From assembly GCA_963837215.1 (NCBI GenBank), contig CAWIML010000009.1:222739-286738 (forward strand): a stretch of DNA of 64,000 bases. Reading direction: 5' to 3'. The position numbers and the translations under genes are program-made. This stretch comes from an uncultured Chloroflexia bacterium. GTDB taxonomy: Bacteria > Chloroflexota > Limnocylindria > Limnocylindrales > CSP1-4. This document shows, one piece after another, positions 56,772-64,000 of the stretch (position 1 is the stretch's first letter; every line of letters begins with the position of its first letter). Below the pieces are notes generated by a model that was given only the letters and a program-made list of their open reading frames with translations, did no database searches and was not told the origin of the DNA.

Positions 56772-57845
56772 TCAGCCGGTCGCAAGCGAATAGCGCACGC
56801 GCACCTGGTCAAAGCCAACGGCCACGAGCAGCAGCACGCCACCCGCGACATCGATCCAGAAGGACGGGACGCCCAACTGGATGAGGCCGTTACCCAGCAC
56901 CCCGACGATGAGCACGGCCAGCGTCGTGCCGACGATCGAGCCGCGCCCGCCTGACAGGCTGGCGCCACCCAGGACGACCGCCGTGACGACCGCCAGCTCG
57001 AGGCCGATGCCGGCGTTGGGCGAGGCGCTGCCGACCTGGGACACGAGGATCAACCCCGAGAGTCCGGCCAGAGCTGCCGACAGGATGAAGGCGATGAAGA
57101 TGGCTCGGTCCGTGCGGATGCCGGCCAGTCGAGCCGCGGTGGGGCTGGCGCCGATGGCGTACATCGAGCGCCCATACGTCGTGTATCGAAGCATGATGAA
57201 GAACACGACCACGACGGCGGCAAAGATGTAAACCGGGATCGGCAGGCCCACGATGCGGGTGATCCCAAGGCTCGCGAAGTCATCGAGGCGGACCGTCTGC
57301 CCATCGCTGGCGACCTTCGTGAGACCCCGAAATATCGCCAGGGTGGCCAACGTCGTGATCAGTGCATTGATGCGGAAGACCGTGACGCTGACCGCATTCA
57401 CGATCCCGACGACCAGCGCAGCACCCATGCCGAGCACCAACGCGACCCACAGGTCCAGGCCTGGCGTGATCGGGGCACCCGACGTTGCCGCGGCGATGGC
57501 GGCCACCATGGCCACGAAGGCGGAGATGGAGCCGACCGAGAGGTCGAACTGGCCGCTGATGAGCAGCAGCGTTGCCGGGCAGGCGACGATGCCGATCCGT
57601 GCGGTGTTCTGGAGGATGTTGATGAGGTTCGCGCTGTTCAGGAAGAACGCCGACGTGACCGAGAAGAAGACGATGAGGACCACAAGCACGGCGAAGAGGA
57701 CCGCGGTCTCCGGCAAGGACACGCGCGACCGGGCCTCGGCCGTCCGCATCGTCGCGGCGACCGACACCTCATCGGCGCCCGATCCCGTATCCAGTGGATC
57801 AGGGGCGGCCCGCTGGATGCCGCCGGACAGCTCGTCGTCAGCCAC
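56772..57845 (-). CDS. Sugar ABC transporter permease
   Basis: Hydrophobic multi-span protein with GGASLSGGRGS. Confidence 0.9.
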   Translation of the reverse strand: MADDELSGGIQRAAPDPLDTGSGADEVSVAATMRTAEARSRVSLPETAVLFAVLVVLIVFFSVTSAFFLNSANLINILQNTARIGIVACPATLLLISGQFDLSVGSISAFVAMVAAIAAATSGAPITPGLDLWVALVLGMGAALVVGIVNAVSVTVFRINALITTLATLAIFRGLTKVASDGQTVRLDDFASLGITRIVGLPIPVYIFAAVVVVFFIMLRYTTYGRSMYAIGASPTAARLAGIRTDRAIFIAFILSAALAGLSGLILVSQVGSASPNAGIGLELAVVTAVVLGGASLSGGRGSIVGTTLAVLIVGVLGNGLIQLGVPSFWIDVAGGVLLLVAVGFDQVRVRYSLATG

Positions 57846-57851
57846 GCCGCT

Positions 57852-59342
57852 CTACCCTCCCGCGGCCGCGAGCAGCCGCCCGGTGCTGATCTCGGGGCCC
57901 GTCAGCTCGGCCGCAACGCGGCCCTTGCTCATGACATACGCCCGATCGGCGACCTGGACCGCCTCCTCGTAGTCGGATGTCACGGCGAGCACCGCCACAC
58001 CCTGAGCGGCGAGATCGCGCAGCGAGCGATAGATGTCCGCACGGGCGCCCACGTCGACACCGCGCGTCGGTTCGATGAGCACCAGTGCCCGCGAGTTGCG
58101 CTCCAGCCAACGCGCCAGCAGCACTTTCTGCTGGTTCCCCCCCGACAGCGTGCCCATGGCCTGCTTGGCGTCGTTGCGCGAGCGGATCGACAGGCGTTCA
58201 CGCCACCGATGGAAGGCCGCTGCCTCGACCTTGTCACGGATCATCCCGAACCGGGCGAGGATCGGCCAGCTCGCGACGGCCACGTTCTCCGCGACAGACC
58301 GGACGGCGAACGCTCCGCCCGCCTTGCGGTCGGCCGGCAGGAAGCCGATGCCCGCCCCGATGGCGCCGGCAGGTCGATCGAACGTCGCCACCGTGCCCTG
58401 CACCTCCAGGGTGCCACGATCGAGGTGCCTGACACCGAAGGCTGACTCGCCCACCTCTGCCGCACCCGAGCCCAGCTTCCCGAAGAGGGCTACGACTTCG
58501 CCTGACTTGACCGAGACGTCGACATCGTTGAACGTCTCGCCCAGGCCGGCGCCTGTCCAGCGCAGGACTGGCGCGTCGCCGATGGCGTGGGTCGGTGCCT
58601 CCGGGCGTCCCACCTCTGCCATGCGACGCCCGATCATCGCTTCGATCATGCGCGGGCGATCGGTCGCCTTCACGGCCGTCAGCAGGGAGGTCGCGCCGTC
58701 GCGCAGCACCTGCACCTGGTCGGCGATCTGGGTCACCTCGTCCAGGCGGTGGGTGATGTAGATGATGGCCACGCCCTGGTCACGCAGTCGTCGGATGAAG
58801 CGGAACAGGGTCTCCGCCTCGTGGTGCGAGAGCGCCGCGGTCGGTTCATCGAGGATGAGCAGGCGTGCGGAACCCGAGAGCGAGCGGGCGATCTCGACCA
58901 TCTGGCGCTCGCCGACTCGCAACGTGCCCACCTGACGATCCACGTCAAGCTCCACGCCCAGCTGATCGAGGATGGTGCGGGCGCGCCGGCGCATCGCACG
59001 CCAGGACACGAATCCGTATCGGTTGGGGATGCGTCCGAGGGAGACGTTCTCGGCGACGGTCAGCGTAGACGCGTCCTGGAACTCCTGGAAGATGATCGCG
59101 ACGCCGAGTTCGCGCGCCTGGCGCGGGGTGAGCACACCGTAGCTCGCGCCATCGACCTGGATCTCGCCGGAGTCGGCCTGATAGTCGCCGGCGATGATCT
59201 TGACGAGCGTGGACTTTCCGGCGCCGTTCTCTCCCAGCAGGGCGAGGACAGAGCCGCCAGCGGCATCGAGGTCCACGCCATGGAGGACCTCGACGCCGCC
59301 GAAGGACTTGCGGATCTGGCGAGCGTGCAGTTCGAACGTCAT
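57852..59342 (-). CDS. Sugar ABC transporter ATP-binding protein (two ATPase domains)
   Basis: GENGAGKST, LILDEPTAAL and LSGGNQQKV motifs. Confidence 0.9.
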   Translation of the reverse strand: MTFELHARQIRKSFGGVEVLHGVDLDAAGGSVLALLGENGAGKSTLVKIIAGDYQADSGEIQVDGASYGVLTPRQARELGVAIIFQEFQDASTLTVAENVSLGRIPNRYGFVSWRAMRRRARTILDQLGVELDVDRQVGTLRVGERQMVEIARSLSGSARLLILDEPTAALSHHEAETLFRFIRRLRDQGVAIIYITHRLDEVTQIADQVQVLRDGATSLLTAVKATDRPRMIEAMIGRRMAEVGRPEAPTHAIGDAPVLRWTGAGLGETFNDVDVSVKSGEVVALFGKLGSGAAEVGESAFGVRHLDRGTLEVQGTVATFDRPAGAIGAGIGFLPADRKAGGAFAVRSVAENVAVASWPILARFGMIRDKVEAAAFHRWRERLSIRSRNDAKQAMGTLSGGNQQKVLLARWLERNSRALVLIEPTRGVDVGARADIYRSLRDLAAQGVAVLAVTSDYEEAVQVADRAYVMSKGRVAAELTGPEISTGRLLAAAGG

Positions 59343-59379
59343 GCCGTCGCCGACTCGCTTGGACTACCTATGGGGACGG

Positions 59380-60492
59380 TCAGCAGGCGGGTGTGTTCGG
59401 ATAGATCGTCCGGATGTTGTCCTTGTTCACGACCACGTGCTGGTTCAACAGCCTGTCGGGGACGGTCCCGCCAGCGCCGTCAGGCGTGACGGCCTTGCCG
59501 TCGAGGATGTCGATGATGGCCGGGATGAGCGTCTTACCGTAATTCTCGGGGAAGTACGCGACCGACCCGATGTAGTTGGGGTTACAGGCGATCTCCTTCC
59601 AGGCGAACTCGTCGGCGCCCTGGCCGCTGTAATAGACGTCGCCCGAACGGCCGAGGGTAGCAGCGGCGCCGATGGTGCCGACGATGCCGTCTTCGTTGAT
59701 GCCGACCACGACGATGCGGTCGCCCGGCAGCGCCGTGAGCACGTCAGACATCGTGCCGATGGCCTTGTCGGTGCGGTCGACGTCCGGCTGGATCTTCTCG
59801 TTGATGATCGGGCAGTACTCCTGGAAGCCGTCGCGATAGCCGCCCATGCGGGCGTCGCTGGCTGCCTTGGCGCCGGTCGACTCGAGCGAAACGTAGGCTG
59901 TGTAGTCGCAGTCCCACGTCTCCTTGGCGAACTTGCCGATGGCTGCACCGCCGAGGCGGCCGGCCTCGTGGTTATCGGCGCCCATGAAGGCGACCTGGCA
60001 CGGCGGCTGGATGATGTCGATGGCGATCGTCGGTACGTTGCCGTAGGCCTCGCAGATCTGGGGAGAGGCCTTCTCATCCACGTTGAAGTTCAGGACGCCC
60101 TGGACTTCCTGCACGGCGAATTGCTGAGCGCAGGCCAGAGCGGTCGGGGTATCGAGCTTGGAATCGCAGAACACAAGCTCCAGACCGGCGATCTCGGCCT
60201 GCTCCTTGATGCCGTTCGAGACGAGCACCGCGAAGGGCACCTGCTCGCCCAGCGAGATGTAGCCGATCTTCTTGCCGGCCCCGCTGCCGGGCACGGCGCC
60301 GGTCTCGACGTAGGGGTTGACTGGGGCGGCTGGGGCGGCTGCAGGCGAGCCCGAGGCCGGCGCGGCAGAGCCGGGTGCCTCTGTTGCCGGGGCCTCCGAC
60401 GTGGTCGGCGCCGACGGGCTGGTCGTCGCGCCGGTACACGCCGATGCCGCGAGTGTCGCAGCAACTGCCAATATGGCCAATCGCGCAAGCAT
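59380..60492 (-). CDS. Sugar ABC transporter substrate-binding lipoprotein
   Basis: ATG 60492 with AAGGAG 10 nt upstream. Lipobox LAASAC. Pro/Ala/Ser linker. Confidence 0.85.
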   Translation of the reverse strand: MLARLAILAVAATLAASACTGATTSPSAPTTSEAPATEAPGSAAPASGSPAAAPAAPVNPYVETGAVPGSGAGKKIGYISLGEQVPFAVLVSNGIKEQAEIAGLELVFCDSKLDTPTALACAQQFAVQEVQGVLNFNVDEKASPQICEAYGNVPTIAIDIIQPPCQVAFMGADNHEAGRLGGAAIGKFAKETWDCDYTAYVSLESTGAKAASDARMGGYRDGFQEYCPIINEKIQPDVDRTDKAIGTMSDVLTALPGDRIVVVGINEDGIVGTIGAAATLGRSGDVYYSGQGADEFAWKEIACNPNYIGSVAYFPENYGKTLIPAIIDILDGKAVTPDGAGGTVPDRLLNQHVVVNKDNIRTIYPNTPAC

Positions 60493-60612
60493 CGGTCGCC
60501 TGCTCCTTCGGGGATTGATCTGGTCCACGATTCCTCCTCCGATTCCAATGGTCAGCGACCGTGGCTGATGGATGGTCGACGGTGGCTGAGCTCCGCGGCG
60601 GCGAGAACGGTT

Positions 60613-60629
60613 TCTGGAAACGTCGTCAG
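60613..60629. promoter_or_regulatory. LacI-type operator-like site TCTGGAAACGTCGTCAG
   Basis: About 120 nt upstream of the SBP start (60492). Confidence 0.5.
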
Positions 60630-60682
60630 TGCCGCGCCCGCGGAGACTAGTGCCGGGCATTCCACGGTGTCAAGTCATGCCG

Positions 60683-60982
60683 TCACTGCCCGCCGGGTCG
60701 TTCCGGGTCGGTGGGATGCGCGGCGAGGGGGACGACCTCGACGTCAAGGTACGGAAAGAACGGCAGTGAGCGGATCGCGGCATGGAGGGCCGTGGCGTCC
60801 TCGGCCTCCCAGAGCCCCCAGTTGGCTCGACGACCAGGCACTCGCCACATCCGCCGGATCGTGCCCGCAGCACCGAGTTCGGCGCCACGGTCGCGCTCTG
60901 CCGCCGTCAGGCGGACGAGTTCGTCAGGGTCACCGTCGGCCGGCCACATGACCTCGATGTTGACCAGGAACTCCACCCTCAT
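60683..60982 (-). CDS. Muconolactone delta-isomerase (CatC) family protein
   Basis: MRVEFLVNIEV..., RRMWRVPGRRANWGLWEAEDATALHAAIRSLPFFPYLDVEVVPLAAHP aligns with the WR..G..AN...D.....LH.....LPLFPY.D.EV.PL..HP signature. The start could alternatively be 61015. Confidence 0.75.
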   Translation of the reverse strand: MRVEFLVNIEVMWPADGDPDELVRLTAAERDRGAELGAAGTIRRMWRVPGRRANWGLWEAEDATALHAAIRSLPFFPYLDVEVVPLAAHPTDPERPGGQ

Positions 60983-61035
60983 CGCCTCCACAACGAGCTC
61001 TTGGGCCTTGCCCATGATTCGAACATGAGTCCCGG

Positions 61036-61062
61036 TATGATACTTGCTGGAAACGCTTGCAC
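61036..61062. promoter_or_regulatory. Possible -10 (TATGAT) plus operator-like GCTGGAAACGCTTGCAC
   Basis: In the divergent gap between the CatC-family gene and the lipoyl-domain gene. TGGAAACGCTTGCA is a near-palindrome. Confidence 0.5.
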
Positions 61063-61109
61063 CGTCCGGCGCCAGGGTCGGGATCGGCGGCGTAGGAACG
61101 GAGGCATGG

Positions 61110-61355
61110 ATGGCGCGCATCCCGATCGAGATGCCCAAGCTCGGGTACGACATGGAGACCGGCCGCGTGGCTGGCTGGATGAAGCGGATCGGCGACCCCA
61201 TCGCCCGCGGCGAGGTCATCGCCGAGATCGAGACCGAGAAGTCGACGGTCGAGATGGAGGCCGCTGCCACCGGCACGCTGGTCGAGATCGTGCACGAGGC
61301 TGGTGCGGAGGTCGCGGTCGGCGAGCCGATCGCCTGGCTCGAGGATGGCGCGTAG
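61110..61355 (+). CDS. Stand-alone lipoyl-attachment domain protein (N-terminal part of a 2-oxoacid dehydrogenase E2)
   Basis: 81 aa. MPKLGYDMETG...IAEIETEKSTVEMEA (lipoyl-lysine context). GGAGG 5 nt upstream. Ends at TAG 61353..61355. Confidence 0.8.
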   Translation: MARIPIEMPKLGYDMETGRVAGWMKRIGDPIARGEVIAEIETEKSTVEMEAAATGTLVEIVHEAGAEVAVGEPIAWLEDGA

Positions 61356-62102
61356 GTGACCGGCTCGCGCGCGCTTCCAGCCCCTGACATCGAGGCAGGT
61401 GAGGCCGTCGGCCGTCACCCCGTCAAGCTGAGCCCGATGCGTCGCGCGATCGCGCGACGGATGGTCGACAGCAAGGCGTCCGCTCCCCACTTCTACCTCT
61501 CGACCGAGATCGAGATGGACGCCCTGCTGGCGATCGCGGAGCGTGCGAACGCGGGTCGCCCAAGGGACGACCGCATCACCGTCACGGCGTTCCTGCTGCG
61601 GGCGATCGCGCTGACCCTGGCCGAGCACCCGGCCTTCAATGCCGTCTGGAACGGCGATGTCGTGGAGCGCTGGGACGCCATCAATATCGGCGTCGCCATC
61701 GCGCTCGACGACGGGCTCATCGCGCCGGCCCTACTGGATTGTCGCGACCGTGGCGTCGCCGACCTGGCCAGCGGCCTCGGCGACCTGGTGGCGCGGGCGC
61801 GGGCGGGCAGGCTACGCGCGGCGGAGATCGGCGAGGGCACGTTCACGTTGTCCAACCTCGGGATGTTCGACGTGACGGCCTTCACCGCCATCATCACCCC
61901 GCCCCAAGTCGCCATCCTCGCCACCGCCCGGACCGTCGACCGGCCGGTCGTTCGCGACGGAGCGGTCGCGGTCCGCAAGGTCATGTCGGCCACGCTCTCG
62001 TCTGACCACCGGGTCGTGGACGGGGTCGGCGCGGCGGGGGTCCTGGGCACCCTGAAGCAGCTCATCGAGACGCCTGCGGATTGGGCTGTGATCCTGTCGT
62101 GA
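61356..62102 (+). CDS. 2-oxoacid dehydrogenase E2 acyltransferase catalytic domain
   Basis: GTG immediately after, and in frame with, the TAG. PMRRAIARRM, SNLGMF and the catalytic SSDHRVVDG motif. Confidence 0.8.
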   Translation: MTGSRALPAPDIEAGEAVGRHPVKLSPMRRAIARRMVDSKASAPHFYLSTEIEMDALLAIAERANAGRPRDDRITVTAFLLRAIALTLAEHPAFNAVWNGDVVERWDAINIGVAIALDDGLIAPALLDCRDRGVADLASGLGDLVARARAGRLRAAEIGEGTFTLSNLGMFDVTAFTAIITPPQVAILATARTVDRPVVRDGAVAVRKVMSATLSSDHRVVDGVGAAGVLGTLKQLIETPADWAVILS

Positions 62103-63559
62103 CACTCCTCGCCGGCGCGGCGGAGGCCGACATCACTCCGCCGTTCCCGGTCGACATCCTGGGCTACGTCCGGCGGCCTCTCGCTGCCCGCAGCGCCTAC
62201 GCGCCGCTCCTGGTGACAGCGTGCGTCGTGCGTGACGCTGACGACGGCACGACGGTCGTCATCATCGGTGCCGACGTGGTCGGCCTGACGACGCCGATGG
62301 CGGACCGGATCCGAGTCCGCGTCGCCGATGCTGTCGCCTGCGACCCTGCGTCCGTCCTGCTCAATTCAAGCCACTCGCACGCCGCCCCCTGGCCGGGCGC
62401 CACCATCAAGCTCGGCGGCGAGTTCGACGACTGGACCGAGACCGAGCTGCGCTACTGGGACTCCGTTCCCGACCGCTACGCTTCGGCGGCCCTGGAGGCC
62501 GTCGGTCGGCTGGCGCCGGCTCGGGTCGTCGGCGGCGTGGGTCAGGCACCCGGGCTGGCCGTGAACCGGCGTGAGCGAACGGCCGATGGGCGGACGATCC
62601 TCGGCTGGAACCGCGAGGGCGTCCGGGACAATTCGGTGGTCGCGATCCGGGTGGATGGGCTGGACGGCGCGCCCCTGGCGCCCGACGGCATCGCCACGCT
62701 CGTCTCGTTCGCTTGCCATCCGGTCGTCATCGGCCCGGACGTCCCAGGCGCTGGCCCGGATTTCGTCGGTCCCCTGCGATCGTCCCTGAGCGATCTGCTG
62801 CGGCCTGGCGCGGTGACCGTATTCCTGCAAGGTGCGGCCGGGGATGCCTTGCCCCTCGAAGCGTTCCGTGATGATGAAGCCGCCCTGCTGGCGGCCGAGG
62901 TGTTCGGCGATCGTCTGGCCCTCGAGGCTGCGCACGCCGTCGCTGACACGGCTCCGTGGGACGTGCAGATCGACCGATCCGACTGGGGATCGGTGACGCC
63001 GATATCGCGGTATCGCCGACGACTTGCGGAGGACCAGCCGACTCAGGTCCTGCGGACCGCTCGCCGGATCGTCTCCCTACCCTTGCTGGAGTTGCCGTCC
63101 GTCGACGACCTGGTGCGCGAGCTCGATGAGCGACGGGCCGACCTGGCGTTGCGCGCCGAGCGTGGCGAGACACGGGCCACGATGAATCCGGTCCGGTATC
63201 ACATCTCGTGGCTGGCGACGATGCTCGCCCAGGAGGCCAACGGCGGTCGTGCCACGGCCATCGATGGCGAGATCTGGGCCGCCCGCATCGGTGACTGCGC
63301 GATCGTGGCTGCCCCGGGCGAGATCTTCGGGGCCATCGGCACGGCCGTCCGTCACCAGTCGCCTGCTGCCGTGACCATCTTCGCCGGCTACAGTCAGGGC
63401 AGCCTGGGCTATGTGGCCACGCCCGACGAATACCCACACGGCGGCTACGAGCCATCCGTGTCGCACCGGGGATACGGGCAACCGGCACCGTTTTCGCCGG
63501 AGGTAGCCGGGATCATCGAGCGCGAGGCTGTCGGGCTGCTGCGCGAGGTATTCGCGTGA
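62099..63559 (+). CDS. Neutral/alkaline-ceramidase-like hydrolase family protein (function uncertain)
   Basis: About 486 aa from GTG 62099 (GTGA overlap). AEADITPP..., NSSHSHAAP and GAAGD blocks resemble the bacterial neutral-ceramidase-like family. Memory-based call. Confidence 0.45.
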   Translation: MTLLAGAAEADITPPFPVDILGYVRRPLAARSAYAPLLVTACVVRDADDGTTVVIIGADVVGLTTPMADRIRVRVADAVACDPASVLLNSSHSHAAPWPGATIKLGGEFDDWTETELRYWDSVPDRYASAALEAVGRLAPARVVGGVGQAPGLAVNRRERTADGRTILGWNREGVRDNSVVAIRVDGLDGAPLAPDGIATLVSFACHPVVIGPDVPGAGPDFVGPLRSSLSDLLRPGAVTVFLQGAAGDALPLEAFRDDEAALLAAEVFGDRLALEAAHAVADTAPWDVQIDRSDWGSVTPISRYRRRLAEDQPTQVLRTARRIVSLPLLELPSVDDLVRELDERRADLALRAERGETRATMNPVRYHISWLATMLAQEANGGRATAIDGEIWAARIGDCAIVAAPGEIFGAIGTAVRHQSPAAVTIFAGYSQGSLGYVATPDEYPHGGYEPSVSHRGYGQPAPFSPEVAGIIEREAVGLLREVFA

Positions 63560-64000
63560 CCGCGGAGCGCGCCGTGTCGACCGCGTCCATGCCGGATCTC
63601 GCGGCGATGATCGAATCGGCTGACCGCGACCGGCTGGCCGTGCGAGCCGCGCTCGCCGAGCGCCGGACGGATCTTCCGTTGCGATACTGGCGACAGCAGG
63701 CGCACATGACGACGCCGGCCGCAGACGCAGCCATGGCCCGCAAGGCGGTCGAGGGTGGCACGGCCGCCGTGCCGCGAATGCTCGAGCGACTGGGGCTCAC
63801 GGGCGCAGACCTCGCCGAGAGGCTGGAGCTCGATGTCGACCTCGTCGAGGCGCGACTCGCACATCCGACTCGAGCGCCGCTCGTGATGCTCGATGGCGAA
63901 GATGCCATCGCGCCCGGCGATGCGGCGGCGGCCGAGGCGATGAACGTCGCCGCAGGTCTGCTCGCCGAGGCGGATTGGGGCGACGGGGGCGCGGCCAGCC
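63556..64000 (+). CDS. Partial CDS (5' part), possibly HpcH/HpaI-aldolase / citrate-lyase-beta-like
   Basis: Open frame from GTG 63556 (GTGA overlap) to the window end, translated by hand. VMLDGEDAIAPGD resembles the DxEDA motif of CitE/HpcH-type enzymes. Weak call. Confidence 0.35.
   Translation, partial: MTAERAVSTASMPDLAAMIESADRDRLAVRAALAERRTDLPLRYWRQQAHMTTPAADAAMARKAVEGGTAAVPRMLERLGLTGADLAERLELDVDLVEARLAHPTRAPLVMLDGEDAIAPGDAAAAEAMNVAAGLLAEADWGDGGAAS

Noticed and set aside
61353-61355. In-frame TAG in E2 as a pyrrolysine codon, tempting because a corrinoid methyltransferase system is nearby
   Set aside because: No pylT/pylS/pylBCD-like genes are present and the methyltransferase is not of the MttB/MtbB/MtmB type. 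TAG is used as an ordinary stop by several other genes here (for example 13314..14357, 22375..23142, 26593..27747, 41151..42290).
1-64000. Mobile elements, prophage genes, CRISPR arrays, tRNA or rRNA genes, defence systems
   Set aside because: No transposase, integrase or recombinase motifs were seen. There are no direct repeat arrays and no intergenic region long or structured enough for a tRNA or rRNA. All intergenic gaps are 260 nt or shorter and are explained by promoters and operators.

Overview
Gene-dense, very GC-rich bacterial chromosomal DNA (roughly two-thirds to 70% G+C by eye, not computed). I found no rRNA, tRNA, CRISPR array, transposase or integrase. About 62 protein-coding genes form one large carbohydrate, sugar-acid and lactone catabolic island. 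It holds four ABC sugar importers, 7 SDRs, 3 paralogous Gfo/Idh/MocA dehydrogenases, and 4 enolase-superfamily dehydratases in two paralog pairs. It also holds many lactonase-type hydrolases (SMP-30, 2 phosphotriesterase-family, amidohydrolases, a double MBL protein), L-rhamnose-mutarotase-family proteins, an aldo/keto reductase and one LacI-family regulator. Four things stand out. (1) An uncharacterised Cys-rich protein family is present in three copies (36429-37545 frameshifted, 41151-42290, 55659-56750). All copies share an invariant C-x41-C-x2-C-x2-C-x31-36-C pattern and sit inside sugar-oxidation operons. (2) A complete corrinoid-dependent methyltransferase system (14575-19844: RACo-type activase, pterin-binding MT, DUF1638, B12-binding protein, UroD-family MT) is co-operonic with a Gfo/Idh/MocA dehydrogenase. 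It lies behind the same operator motif as the sugar genes. (3) A LacI-type operator motif (about TGGWAACGWTWCCA) recurs in at least 13 intergenic regions across about 60 kb, which suggests one regulon. (4) A cytochrome P450 is translationally coupled to a sugar isomerase and mutarotase. Other oddities are a 2-oxoacid dehydrogenase E2 split by an in-frame TAG and located 48 kb from its E1 genes, and seven apparent single-base (+1) frameshifts confined to 34.4-50.5 kb. All family assignments rest on motifs I recognise in the translations. No database search was possible.
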